Shown here piece by piece: positions 29,251-39,087 of a DNA stretch of 64,000 nt. The notes under the pieces were generated by a model. The model was not told the origin of the DNA. It searched no databases and worked only from the letters and a program-made list of their open reading frames with translations. Position numbers and translations under genes: made by a program. The DNA lies in contig CAWBBY010000039.1 of the NCBI GenBank assembly GCA_963787145.1, positions 184,114-248,113 of the forward strand. Direction: 5' to 3'. The first letter of the stretch is position 1, and every line of letters starts with the position of its first letter. The DNA comes from an uncultured Acidobacteriaceae bacterium. Its GTDB lineage: Bacteria > Acidobacteriota > Terriglobia > Terriglobales > Acidobacteriaceae.

Positions 29251-30897
29251 TTAAGGTTTGGCAAAGACCTGGTACACCGCGAGATTTTGTGCCGGGTAGG
29301 AAAAGAGAGGTTGATACGAACGGCCAGCCAGCAGAGTTTGCAGCTGGCCGGTATAGGCTTCGCGGGTGATCAGGATGTGCTCCCCGGAAGGGATGCCGTC
29401 CTGCTCATAGTTCTCGACCAGGTTATTACGGTAAAAGGAAAGGCCGTATTCGGCGTCGCGCCGTACCCTGTACACGGCGACGACTTCGTTAGGCCGCGCA
29501 ATCTGGCTGATGATGGCAGCCAGCGGCCGGGCAGAATAGGCAGCGTCCAGCAGGCGGATGTTTTTCTTGGTAGCGGTGATCGCCGGCACGCCAAAGAACG
29601 GGCCGACGCCGAAGATAAAGAACAGCATGACGACCAGCGGCACCATGGTGACCATGCGCAGGCGTGCCAGCCCAAAGCGGCCGACTACGACCAGGATCAG
29701 GAGCGCGGCTGCCAAGCCGCTGGAAATCGCCGGCAGCAGAATAGCGGCGGGTGGTCTCCCCCCTGGATGCGTGATACGCCACGGCAGCAGCAGTACCAGG
29801 ATGATGGTGATTGCGGAGAGCAGAGCATGCAGCAGCAGCAGCCATAGGTTCAGACCCTTCTGGCGGATGCGGTTGATGTAATCCCCGGTGAGAATGGTGA
29901 GCGGCGGAATGGAGGGCAGAATATAGCCCGGCAGCTTGGAGTGGGAGAAGGAAAAAACGAGAATCGGAAAAAGCGTCCACAGGACGAGAAATTCGGGAAA
30001 GGCATCGCCCCAGCGGCTATGACCCACGTAATGGTGTTTGGTCAGCCGCGCCCGCCACTCGGCAATCGATTGCTGGACCGCCTCCGCCAGGGCGCGCATG
30101 GCGATCACCGACCACGGCATCAGCGCGAGCAACACGATGGGAATGTAGTACCAAAAAGGCTGTTCATGCATATAGCGATTGGTGGCGAAGCGTTCCAGGT
30201 TGTGTTCCAGGAAGAAAATGCGCAGAAAGTCAGGATTACGCCGCTGTACCGCGATATACCAGGGCAGCACCATGGCGAAGTAGAGAATCACCCCGGGGAG
30301 CCAGAATGTCCGGCGCAGCAGGAACCACTCCCGTCGCAGGGCGGCAAAGGTGAAGATGATGAGCCCGGCCAAAAAGGGGGCCACGGGGCCTTTGGCCAGC
30401 GTTGCCACGCCGACGAAGAAGTAGAGGTCGAAGAGCCAGAACTTCTTGTCCGTCTCATACCAGGCATACCAGCCGAGCATGCCGATGCAGAAGGGGGCGG
30501 CCAGCTGCATATCGGTGGAGGCCCCGCGGGCGAAGCCGACGATGCCGGCGCAAGAGGCGGTAATCAATGCGGCGTCCAGCTGGCTCCCGGGCCGGAAGCG
30601 GCGGAGGTGTAGATAGATCAGCGCCACCAGGATGAAAGCAAAACTGGCCGAGGGAAGGCGCGCCGACCAGTCGTGCACGCCAAACTCGAGGAAGGCAAAC
30701 ATGGCCCGCCAGTAGTAGAGAGCGGGCTTCTCCAGCCAGGGATGGCCCCATAGCACCGGGGTGACATAGTCATGGCGGGTGAGCATCTCCCGGGCGATTT
30801 GCGCATACCTGGGCTCGTCGGCGCCAACCAGGCCAAGTCCATCTCCTCCGAAGATCGGCACCAATCCATAGAACAGGAAAAAAGGCGGTAAAAACAA
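29251..30897 (-). CDS. ArnT/PMT-like polytopic membrane glycosyltransferase (GT39/GT83-type)
   Basis: 548 aa with more than 10 hydrophobic segments. The N-terminal loop motif ADEPRYAQIAREM is typical of the ArnT-like family. Confidence 0.75.
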   Translation of the reverse strand: MFLPPFFLFYGLVPIFGGDGLGLVGADEPRYAQIAREMLTRHDYVTPVLWGHPWLEKPALYYWRAMFAFLEFGVHDWSARLPSASFAFILVALIYLHLRRFRPGSQLDAALITASCAGIVGFARGASTDMQLAAPFCIGMLGWYAWYETDKKFWLFDLYFFVGVATLAKGPVAPFLAGLIIFTFAALRREWFLLRRTFWLPGVILYFAMVLPWYIAVQRRNPDFLRIFFLEHNLERFATNRYMHEQPFWYYIPIVLLALMPWSVIAMRALAEAVQQSIAEWRARLTKHHYVGHSRWGDAFPEFLVLWTLFPILVFSFSHSKLPGYILPSIPPLTILTGDYINRIRQKGLNLWLLLLHALLSAITIILVLLLPWRITHPGGRPPAAILLPAISSGLAAALLILVVVGRFGLARLRMVTMVPLVVMLFFIFGVGPFFGVPAITATKKNIRLLDAAYSARPLAAIISQIARPNEVVAVYRVRRDAEYGLSFYRNNLVENYEQDGIPSGEHILITREAYTGQLQTLLAGRSYQPLFSYPAQNLAVYQVFAKP

Positions 30898-31255
30898 AAA
30901 GGCTGATGGCCTCCAGGGTGTCGCGCAGCCCAGGGAAACGCGCTTCCAAAGTCTTCAGACCGGTGTCTGGCCGATGAAGTACTCTAGGCGTTGCCAGCAT
31001 TGCTTTTTTCTCAGCCATCGATTCTGCCAGGCGGTCACGACTCCAGGGTTGCAGCGAGACCACGGTTACAAAGAGGGATGCAAAAAGAAGGAACCGGATA
31101 TTGAACTACGGCCACAAGGCTATCAGATTCATCGGCCGGGCGAGAGGAGGACGCGCCGACGGGTTAAGCGCCACGAAAAAAGGAATCAAAGGCTTCATTC
31201 ACATCGGGAAAGAGGCGGCATGACGGGCCCACCCACCCGTCTTCATCTCAGCCAC

Positions 31256-32269
31256 TCAGTCATCCCGCCCGCCCCTCCCGTCCCGGCTTGTCGTGGGCGT
31301 CAAGCAGGGCGCAGTGGAGGGATCGGTGCGGAGATATTGGAGAATCCGTTCTGTGGCCTCCGGCAGCGGGCCGTCCAGGGTGCAGCCGCTGGCATTTTCG
31401 TGACCTCCGCCGCCAAATCGCTCGGCGATGGTCGCCACGTTCACTCGCCCCTTGCTGCGCAGGCTGAGGCGGACGCGATGGTCGCGTAGTTCGCGCAGGA
31501 AGACAGCGACCTCGATACCCCGGATGCCAATGGCATAGTTCACGATCCCTTCGCAGTCTTCTTCGGCCGCATAGGTGCGGTCCATGTCGTTCTGAGTGAC
31601 CCAAAGCCAAGCCAGGCACCCATCTTGCTGCAGGTTGGCCAGCGCGGCTCCGAGCAAAAGGATCTTTGCCGCCGGGTTGGAGAAGTAAACCTCCTGCGCG
31701 ATGAGTACCGGATCGGCTCCCTGGCGAACCAGGTTGTGTGCCAGTTCAAAGGTGTGGGCGTCGGTGCCCTCGTAGCAGAAGGAGCCGGTGTCAGAAAGCA
31801 CTGCGGTGTAGAGGCAGGTAGCCATTTCCGGTGTAATGTCAATGCCGGCAGCGCCGGAGAGCTGGTAGATCATCTCCGCGACTGCGCAGGCGTTGCTGTC
31901 GATCCAGTTCACGTGGGCAAAAGCACGGCCGCTGGTGTGGTGATCGATGTTGATCAGGAACCGGTTCTCGAGTCCATCGAGGCGAGTACGCTCGAGGTCA
32001 TCACATTCCAGCAGGATCACGGTATCGTAGTCGCCTTCGACGCGGCTCCACTGCCGAATCTGCGCTGCACAGGGCAGCGAGCGGTAAATGCAAGGCACCC
32101 GGTCGCTCAGCGCCATGTCGGCGCTTTTGCCCATTCGCTGCAGCATCATCCAGCAGGCGAGCAGCCCGCCAATCGCATCCCCATCGGGACGCGCGTGCGC
32201 CGTCACCAGCAGGTGTTCGGCTCTGGCGATAGAGCTGAGCACCGCGTCGATAGGTGGCGTGGATTGCAT
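31256..32269 (-). CDS. nrnA: DHH/DHHA1 phosphoesterase (NrnA-type oligoribonuclease / pAp phosphatase)
   Basis: 337 aa with the DGD, DHH (NIDHHTS) and GGGH motifs, located downstream of rbfA. Confidence 0.8.
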   Translation of the reverse strand: MQSTPPIDAVLSSIARAEHLLVTAHARPDGDAIGGLLACWMMLQRMGKSADMALSDRVPCIYRSLPCAAQIRQWSRVEGDYDTVILLECDDLERTRLDGLENRFLINIDHHTSGRAFAHVNWIDSNACAVAEMIYQLSGAAGIDITPEMATCLYTAVLSDTGSFCYEGTDAHTFELAHNLVRQGADPVLIAQEVYFSNPAAKILLLGAALANLQQDGCLAWLWVTQNDMDRTYAAEEDCEGIVNYAIGIRGIEVAVFLRELRDHRVRLSLRSKGRVNVATIAERFGGGGHENASGCTLDGPLPEATERILQYLRTDPSTAPCLTPTTSRDGRGGRDD

Positions 32270-32296
32270 GACAAGACAGCCGGCAAGAGGCTGCTG

Positions 32297-32716
32297 CTAC
32301 TCCTTGACCGTTGCGGCCGCCTGAGGCTTTGGGGGGGCCTCTTTCGCGTCCGCCTTCTGGGTTTTTCTATTGCGCCCGAGCAGCTCGTCGATGCGCAATT
32401 TGAGATGCTTGGATTTATCGATCTGAAACGACAGCTCAGGAACGTGGCGCACGCCCATGCGCTCCAGCAACTCGTGGCGGATGAAGCCCCGGGCCGCGGT
32501 GAGCGCTTCTCGTGTCTTCTCTTCCTCCACCTCGCCGCCATCGACCGCGATGTAGACCCGCGCGGACTTGCCGCCGGGGTTGATCACCACTTCACTCACG
32601 TATGCGAAGCTGATGCGCGGGTCAGCGAGTTCGCCCACAATCATGCCGCTGATCTCTTCGCGCAGCGTTTCCGCGACGCGATCCCGATGGTACTTTCGTG
32701 CCCTTGGTTCCACCAT
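32297..32716 (-). CDS. rbfA: ribosome-binding factor A
   Basis: 139 aa. The RVAETLREEISGMIVGELADPR pattern is typical of RbfA. Confidence 0.9.
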   Translation of the reverse strand: MVEPRARKYHRDRVAETLREEISGMIVGELADPRISFAYVSEVVINPGGKSARVYIAVDGGEVEEEKTREALTAARGFIRHELLERMGVRHVPELSFQIDKSKHLKLRIDELLGRNRKTQKADAKEAPPKPQAAATVKE

Positions 32717-32762
32717 GAAAAAAGTCCTTAGCTAAACCCCTTAGACTATCAGAAAACCGCTT

Positions 32763-33071
32763 TTAATCCTCAGACTCCTCCTCGAGGAAGGTGCACCACG
32801 AGTCGGCCACCTGGGCGCCCAGGTCATTGGCGATGCGCACCGCAGCATTCTCCACCTGCCGCATAAGGCCGGAAAGATAGTCACGCGAGCGGGAGATCGC
32901 GGTGACGCCGATCGTCGCGGATTGCCAGGTGACTGCCTCGTCCAACTCCGCCACCGAAATATTGAAGCCGTGGCGAAGCTTCTCCTTGAGGCTGCGGACA
33001 ACCTGCCGGCGGTCTTTCAGCGAGTGAGCCTGCTCGATGAGCAATTCAAGAGTGAGCGAAATAATGGCCAT
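32763..33071 (-). CDS. DUF503 (YlxP-like) protein
   Basis: 102 aa with MAIISLTLELLIEQAHSLKDRRQVVRSLKEKLRHGFNISVAE, located upstream of rbfA as in many infB operons. Confidence 0.8.
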   Translation of the reverse strand: MAIISLTLELLIEQAHSLKDRRQVVRSLKEKLRHGFNISVAELDEAVTWQSATIGVTAISRSRDYLSGLMRQVENAAVRIANDLGAQVADSWCTFLEEESED

Positions 33072-34132
33072 GGCGATCCATTGTCAATTACGAGCCCACC
33101 AACGCCGCTCGCGCCGCAGCGACAAACTCGGCCGGCCTCATCGCTGCGAGCGAACTGCATTGGATACAGCCCTTTACGGCAGGGAGTGTTGCCCCGTAGC
33201 TGCAGGCAGGGAGAGCACTCCGGCTGGTGGAAGAGGCTGCTGCTGCCGGGGCTAGTTGGCCGGAAGCGGTGTGGAAACGCCGGCCCGAAATAGCCGATCG
33301 CCGGCACGTCGTAGAACGAAGCCAGGTGCAGGGCAAAGCTATCGGGAGCGATCACCAGCTCTGCCGCCGAGACTTTGTCGAACAGCTCCTGGACGGATCC
33401 TTGGCCATACGCAACCACGCGCGCCTCTAATGCGAATTCCTTCACTGCGCCCGCTGCGCCGTGGACCACAATCGTATGTTTAGGGAAAGCCCGCAGCAAG
33501 TCGCCAATGATGGCCGCCCATTGTTGATCGGTAAGCTGCCTTGCCTGCCAACCGGCTTCGGCCGCGCAATAGATATAGGGTGGATCCCGCCGGAGGGCTG
33601 GGGGGGATGCATAATCGCTGCGATACGAGGCGAGCGGCCGGCCTTCTCCCTGCAGATTCAGCAGTTCGAGTTCCACTTCAGCATCGTGCTTGTCTTCCGG
33701 GAGGCGAATGCGACCGGGCCGGTAGACGGACTTCACCACGGCTGAGAGCCAGGGCCGAACACTTTTCCATTCAAAGAAGCCGCCCTCTGCGTAGAGAAGG
33801 CTAAGACCCTGGATCCATCCTGTCTTCCGTTTACCACGTACCATCAGAGAGAGAATCAGCGTGGTGCGGCTGTCATCGAGGGCGAAGACCAGATCCGCCC
33901 GTGGGATCCTGAAGAGACTGCTGAATACTTGGAGTTTTGCGTCACCGTGGTCAACGACAACCAACTTCAGGCGCGAGTCCACCAGGGGATAGACCTGTCC
34001 GCCCTTACGATTGGTAAGCATGGTGATTTCGGCATCCGGATACAAGCGGCGGAGCTCAAACAGAAAGGGCGCCTTCAGCACGTAATCGCCAAAGGTGCGA
34101 AAACTCAGTAAGGTAATGCGTCGGATGGGCAT
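33017..34132 (-). CDS. glycosyltransferase family 9 (heptosyltransferase-like)
   Basis: 371 aa. The N-terminal LSFRTFGDYVLKAPFLFELRRLYPDAEITML and the C-terminal GPAFPHRFRP...C.PC pattern fit GT9. The 3' end overlaps DUF503 by 55 nt. Confidence 0.7.
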   Translation of the reverse strand: MPIRRITLLSFRTFGDYVLKAPFLFELRRLYPDAEITMLTNRKGGQVYPLVDSRLKLVVVDHGDAKLQVFSSLFRIPRADLVFALDDSRTTLILSLMVRGKRKTGWIQGLSLLYAEGGFFEWKSVRPWLSAVVKSVYRPGRIRLPEDKHDAEVELELLNLQGEGRPLASYRSDYASPPALRRDPPYIYCAAEAGWQARQLTDQQWAAIIGDLLRAFPKHTIVVHGAAGAVKEFALEARVVAYGQGSVQELFDKVSAAELVIAPDSFALHLASFYDVPAIGYFGPAFPHRFRPTSPGSSSLFHQPECSPCLQLRGNTPCRKGLYPMQFARSDEAGRVCRCGASGVGGLVIDNGSPWPLFRSLLNCSSSRLTR

Positions 34133-34168
34133 GCTAGAGCAGAAACAGGTAATTATATTCTTTCAGCA

Positions 34169-34739
34169 ATGACTACAAATCAGATGGATATGAGCTTGGT
34201 GCGTTACGTCTTCCTCGATCGCGATGGTGTCTTGAACCGCAAGCAGCCTGAGGGCGCTTACGTCACCGGCTGGGCGCAATTTCAATGGTTGCCGGGAGCG
34301 GTGGAGGCCATTGCCCGGATGAACCGCGCCGGCATGACCGTGATCCTGGTCAGCAATCAGCGAGGCATCGCACTGGGCCTCTTTACGAGTGAGGAGTTGG
34401 AGCTTATTCACAACAACATGCGAACTCACCTGGCACAACATGGCGCGCGGCTGGACGCGATCTATTACTGCCCTCACGACGTTGGCGAGTGCCAGTGCCG
34501 AAAACCAGATATCGGGCTCTTTGAACAAGCATGCAGAGACTTTCCCGGGGCCATCTGCCCAGAACAGCGTGGTCATCGGCGATTCGCTTTCAGATCTGCA
34601 AGCCGGGCAACGGCTCGGCATGAAGACCATCTTCATTGAAGGCGAGCCCGACCGTCAGAAGGCCGGAGCCGTTGCTGCCGCAGAGAGCGCTGACGCTGTT
34701 GCTGGCTCCTTGTTGCAAGCGGTCGCACTCCTCGTCTAA
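34169..34739 (+). pseudogene. gmhB: D-glycero-D-manno-heptose 1,7-bisphosphate phosphatase (HAD-IIIA) split over two frames
   Basis: Frame of 34169 carries FLDRDGVLN, SNQRG and CxCRKP. The +1 frame (ORF 34389-34739) carries the remaining HAD motif VVIGDSLSDLQAG and the true C-terminus. The frames must switch near 34541-34565 (tttcccggggcc). Confidence 0.7.
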
Positions 34740-34776
34740 CCAGAAAAGCGTCGGCTTACATCAAGCCTATTCCTCT

Positions 34777-34937
34777 GGACGGGTGCCCCGCGTTCGCCTT
34801 AGCGTACGTGGGCCGGAAAAGGGGGCGAAGCCCTCCGTAGCTTTTTCTCCGTAAGTTCGGACGAGCAATCTGCTAAAAGCATTCGAAAAAGACATTTTCG
34901 GGCCAGGTACGCTGAGGCGAACCTGGTGCACCCGTCC
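34777..34937. repeat. Family-E imperfect palindromic element between convergent genes
   Basis: ggacgggtgccccgcgttcgccttagcgtacgtgggcc (34777-34814) is inverted against ggccaggtacgctgaggcgaacctggtgcacccgtcc (34901-34937). Confidence 0.7.
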
Positions 34938-34996
34938 CGTCCGTCTAGTTTCATCTCAGTTCCTGGTAGGACTCCTGGTCAGTTGCAGGTCAGCTT

Positions 34997-36115
34997 CTAT
35001 GACGCAGCCCCTGTTAGTTCGACTGCTTCCTTGAAGTACCCCGCTACCTTTTGTCCGTAATGTAACCAGGTATAGTTTTCCGTCACCAGTCGCATTGCGT
35101 TTCTGCCTATTTGCTCGCGCAAACCCTGGTCCGCGGAGGCCCGGGAAATGGCTTCTGCGAGAGCGTCACAATCGTTTGCCGGTATGTAGATCGCACTCTT
35201 TCCCTGCTCCAGCGGCGAACCGCAATTTTCCGTAGTAATGATGGGCAAACCGGCGGCAGCGGCTTCCATAGCGGAGCGCGAAGAGCCTTCGGCGAAAGTG
35301 GGAAGGACGAACAGGTCTGCACCGGCAATTGCCGCAGCCACCTGCTTGAGCGGGGCGAAGGCGGTGTGGGTAAAAAAAATGTCGTCGCCCGGCTGCAGAC
35401 AAGACGCGCCATTGCCCAGATTCCCAATCAACTCCAGACGCAGATCAAGGCCCGATCGACGGCAATAGCGAACCGCCTCCAGCAAGATCCGCACGCCCTT
35501 GCGAACATCGAAATTCCCGGTAAACAGAATGCGCACCGGCCCATGAATGCGGTATTCGCGCTTCAGGTCGAAGAACTCTTCCCGGACTCCAAGATAGGCG
35601 ACCCGCACCTTGTCCGCAGGATAGCCCTGTTCGACAAACGTCTTCTTCACAAAGTCGGAGTTGACCATCAGCAGGTCGGCATCGGCGCAATCACGCAGCA
35701 CCAACTTCCATAAGTCCGCCCGCGAATCGTAGCCGGCAGACATACCGATACGGGCAAACTCTTCCCGCAGGGCCCGGTGCATGAAGGCCGGATGGGCGAT
35801 CGAATGATCAGTGACGATCGCCAGTCCATTCGCGCGCGCCTTCTTGATTGCGCCGGATTGACCTGCTCCGCTGCGCACCAGCAGTATGTCGGCGTCCTTC
35901 AGGTATTTCCGGCTGCCCCAGGCGGCCACGCGGAATTCCATGCCGTAAGCAAGATCGAGAGGAATGACCCGGGAACGCTGCACCAGTTTGATCAGGGTCC
36001 CAACCACCTCGACCCAGGCCACAGGAGTGATCGAGACGCCCGGAATCCCAATCTTGCGGGCGGCCATGCGGGTGGCCAGATGCTTTTCTCCCAGGAATTT
36101 TCCCAGCAACTCCAC
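34997..36115 (-). CDS. glycosyltransferase family 4 (GT-B fold); the true N-terminus appears to lie in another frame (35992-36246 ORF)
   Basis: C-terminal GT1 domain (RILFTGNF..., FVLPTFAEGSSRSAMEAAAAGLPIITT). The main ORF starts at GTG 36115 without the first beta-strand and Gly-loop. That segment (MKAIIATGFGKLHFHETARALAIAGVDVNFLTGWVP) is encoded from TTG 36246 in a different frame. Confidence 0.7.
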   Translation of the reverse strand: MELLGKFLGEKHLATRMAARKIGIPGVSITPVAWVEVVGTLIKLVQRSRVIPLDLAYGMEFRVAAWGSRKYLKDADILLVRSGAGQSGAIKKARANGLAIVTDHSIAHPAFMHRALREEFARIGMSAGYDSRADLWKLVLRDCADADLLMVNSDFVKKTFVEQGYPADKVRVAYLGVREEFFDLKREYRIHGPVRILFTGNFDVRKGVRILLEAVRYCRRSGLDLRLELIGNLGNGASCLQPGDDIFFTHTAFAPLKQVAAAIAGADLFVLPTFAEGSSRSAMEAAAAGLPIITTENCGSPLEQGKSAIYIPANDCDALAEAISRASADQGLREQIGRNAMRLVTENYTWLHYGQKVAGYFKEAVELTGAAS

Positions 36116-36249
36116 CCAGGGCGGTCTGATTTGTCCTTAGGTACCCAACCGGTCAGGAAGTTTACATCTACCCCTGCAATGGCCAGAGCGCGGGCTGTTT
36201 CGTGGAAGTGAAGCTTGCCGAATCCTGTAGCAATGATTGCTTTCAAACG

Positions 36250-38451
36250 CTATTCTTCGACGTCCACGCGTGATTGGTAGTAGTCGTTATAAGCGCGGCC
36301 ATAATACTCGGCGTAATCGGACGATTGCAGATCCACCGCATTCAACACCACGCCAAGCAGGTGGGCGCCGGAACGCAAGAGGATCTCACTGGCCCGCGCG
36401 ACCACGTTCCTGGTGGCCTGTCCGTAGCGCAGAACCAGCACCACGCCGTCACTGACGGAGACCAGCACCGCCGCGTCGGTCACTGTCAAAACCGGGGGAG
36501 TATCAATCAGGATGAAGTCGTAGTTGGCGCGCAAGCCCTCCACCAGCCGTTGCATTTGTAGCGAGCCCAGCAGCTCGGCGGGCATGGGTGCAATCGGCCC
36601 TGCGGGCAGAATGTGGAGCGAGGGCAAGGCCGTTACGGGAACGATCGCCTCTTCCGGCCCGGCCTTGCCCGTCAGCACGGAGGTGAGACCAACCTTATTG
36701 GCGATCCTGAAGCGCAGATGTACCGACGGCCTCCTTAGATCAGAGTCGATCAGCAGTACCCGGGCGCCATTCAGCGCAAATACGATCGACTCCAGCGTCG
36801 TGATCGACGTCTTGCCCTCGGAGGGCTTGGCGCTGCTGATCAGAATGACCTGGGGAGGCGTCCCGGCGCGAGAAAGAAGAATGGTGGTGCGCAGCGACCG
36901 GTAAGCCTCGGCCAGTCGCGACCAGGCGCCGGGCAGCGGCGAGGTAGCATCCCTGACAAACGTCTCCGGGGAGAGTAGCTTGCTGTCCACCTGCGGAACC
37001 ACGCCTAGCATAGGCAGGCCAAGCCGTTCTTCAATGTCATAGATGGTTTTGATATTGGTATCCAGAGCTTCCACCATGAACGACAACAGCAAGCCAATGC
37101 CCAGGCCGCAGACCAGCCCGAGTGTCAGGTTGACCGATTTGCGTGGAGAGCTGGGGAAGTCCGGGGCATCCGCAGGGTCGATTTTCCGGATATTTGTCGA
37201 GTGCAGGCCGGCGATGATCCCCGCTTCCTGCAGTCGCTGTTGCAGTCCGTCGTAGAGCGATCGATTGGATTCGTATTCCCGGCGGGCAAGCGAGTATTCG
37301 ACGGCCTTGGAGTTCCCCATGTAGGCCGAGCTTTTCTCCTGATCCAACCTGCGCTGCAGAGCCTCCTGGTTTTGTTTGGCCGCGTTCACCTCTTCCTGGG
37401 CGCGGGAAATCACCGTGCCTTGTTCCCGCTTCGTGGCCTCGGTGACTTCAGCGATTTCCGAGCGAATTTCCTGCAGCCTGGGATTCTTCTCGCCGTACTT
37501 GGCGTTCAGGCTTGCATAGTCGGCCTGAAGGGCGGTCATTCGTTCCTTCAAATTCATCAGAACAGGGTCGGCGCTCAGGGTCGCCAACACATCGGGTGGC
37601 GCGCTCTGCAGGGTAATCAGCTTGGCTTCCGCCACCAATCGTTGCGATTCAGCCGAGGTCACGTCGTGGCTGATGTCCACCAGCCGGGACAGCACGATAC
37701 TCTGCGTCTGGTCAATGCCCACCAGGCCGATATCCTTCTGCACCGTGAGCATGTGCTCCTGGCTTGCCTCCAGGCGTTTCCGCAGGTCGCCCAGTTGCCT
37801 TTGCAGCCAATCCGAGACCTGCTGCGTGGCGGCGTAATTTTGGCTGAAGTTGTGCTCCACGTAATTGGCAATCAGGGTGTTACAAATGTCCGCAGCAAGC
37901 TGAGGGTTGCGCGCGGTGTAGCTCAGAACGAGAATGTTGGTGTGGCCAAAGCGTTCAGCAGCCAGACCTCCTTCAAACATCCCAATTAAGGCGTGACGGT
38001 CTCGTATCTTGGATAGATCGAAGGCATAGTTGGAACCCGGCGGCAAAAAATCCTTGTTCTGATCGAGGTGCAGCGAAACGATGGTCGCCATCGCCAGGGT
38101 CGAACTCTTCAGAATCGCGATCTCCGTGTCCAGCTTGGCGACGTCGATGTAACCGCTCTCGTAGCCTCCGCCGGTATCCACCCGGAACTGATCGGCCGTG
38201 TCCTGAGTAATCTCAATGTTCGCCGCGGAGCGATATTCGCTAGGGCTTGTGGCATTCTCGACGAAGCCCGCGCCCGTGCCCAGCAGAGCGCAGACCAACA
38301 CCAGCCAGATATATTTCTTGCCAATCAGGAGGAAGTGCTGCAGGGTCTGGCCGTCGTTCAACCCGAGGCTGAGAAAGGAACGCTCGCGTTCGCCAGGTTC
38401 GCTGTACTCGGGGAGTACGACCGGTTCCGATGGTGGGGGATAGACACTCAT
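36250..38451 (-). CDS. polysaccharide co-polymerase / tyrosine autokinase (Wzc/GumC-like chain-length determinant with a C-terminal P-loop kinase)
   Basis: 733 aa with an N-terminal Wzz-like region, coiled-coil periplasmic domain, second TM segment, Walker A (SSAKPSEGKTS) and a Tyr-rich tail (YAEYYGRAYNDYYQ). Confidence 0.9.
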   Translation of the reverse strand: MSVYPPPSEPVVLPEYSEPGERERSFLSLGLNDGQTLQHFLLIGKKYIWLVLVCALLGTGAGFVENATSPSEYRSAANIEITQDTADQFRVDTGGGYESGYIDVAKLDTEIAILKSSTLAMATIVSLHLDQNKDFLPPGSNYAFDLSKIRDRHALIGMFEGGLAAERFGHTNILVLSYTARNPQLAADICNTLIANYVEHNFSQNYAATQQVSDWLQRQLGDLRKRLEASQEHMLTVQKDIGLVGIDQTQSIVLSRLVDISHDVTSAESQRLVAEAKLITLQSAPPDVLATLSADPVLMNLKERMTALQADYASLNAKYGEKNPRLQEIRSEIAEVTEATKREQGTVISRAQEEVNAAKQNQEALQRRLDQEKSSAYMGNSKAVEYSLARREYESNRSLYDGLQQRLQEAGIIAGLHSTNIRKIDPADAPDFPSSPRKSVNLTLGLVCGLGIGLLLSFMVEALDTNIKTIYDIEERLGLPMLGVVPQVDSKLLSPETFVRDATSPLPGAWSRLAEAYRSLRTTILLSRAGTPPQVILISSAKPSEGKTSITTLESIVFALNGARVLLIDSDLRRPSVHLRFRIANKVGLTSVLTGKAGPEEAIVPVTALPSLHILPAGPIAPMPAELLGSLQMQRLVEGLRANYDFILIDTPPVLTVTDAAVLVSVSDGVVLVLRYGQATRNVVARASEILLRSGAHLLGVVLNAVDLQSSDYAEYYGRAYNDYYQSRVDVEE

Positions 38452-38500
38452 GCGCTTGAAAGTTCACCCGATCGGTAAATCGAAGATGTCCAGTGGTCGA

Positions 38501-38607
38501 CCCGGATTTCCTGTACGCTGCACTGGACATGACCGCGTGTGCGGCTTTCTCTTAAGGAAAGCCGCATAAGGTTCATCAGCGCCAACAAGCTCCACAGGAA
38601 ATCCGGG
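38501..38607. repeat. Family-B palindromic MITE-like element, copy 2
   Basis: cccggatttcctg ... gtgcggctttctcttaaggaaagccgcat ... caggaaatccggg. Confidence 0.85.
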
Positions 38608-39087
38608 TGGAGGAGCGGAAGAACCGCTGGGAAGAACGGTCCGCCGTCCCTCAACCTCTTCCTCCAGCTGCCTGAAAGTGGTCGGGTCTTGTCGCGAATC
38701 TTCGTGAGGCACAATAACTGTGAGCCGCCTATAGGAAGTATTCAGAACACTGTATCCAGCGGCCACATTGCCAGACTGGATTTTTTATCAAGAAAAATCC
38801 ATCTTCGCCGAAGATACCTATTCTGATACTCCCTTAGAATCCAGATTATAAAGTGCCGTAAGGCCGTTCACCAATCTTTCTCGCGCAGTGAACCAGCGTG
38901 ACTAAACCTATGCCGGTTTTTCAGAAATGGGGCTTCATTCCTGCAGTACGACCTCGTCATGGTGAGGCTCAATCATTTCAGGCTGGGGATTATTGTCCTG
39001 TTTTCCTCAGCGGCTTCTAAAACCGTTTTGAGAACCTGTTTAGCGGTGGTCGCACCCGTGCTTGGTGAGGGAACCAGCGACCTTTCA

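Noticed and set aside
33017-33071. 55-nt overlap between the GT9 3' end and the DUF503 start, considered as a possible mis-call or frameshift
   Set aside because: Both ORFs have family-typical termini: MAIISLTLEL is a canonical DUF503 start, and the GT9 tail is simply unconserved. There is no evidence for a frame problem, and the GT9 stop may just be late.
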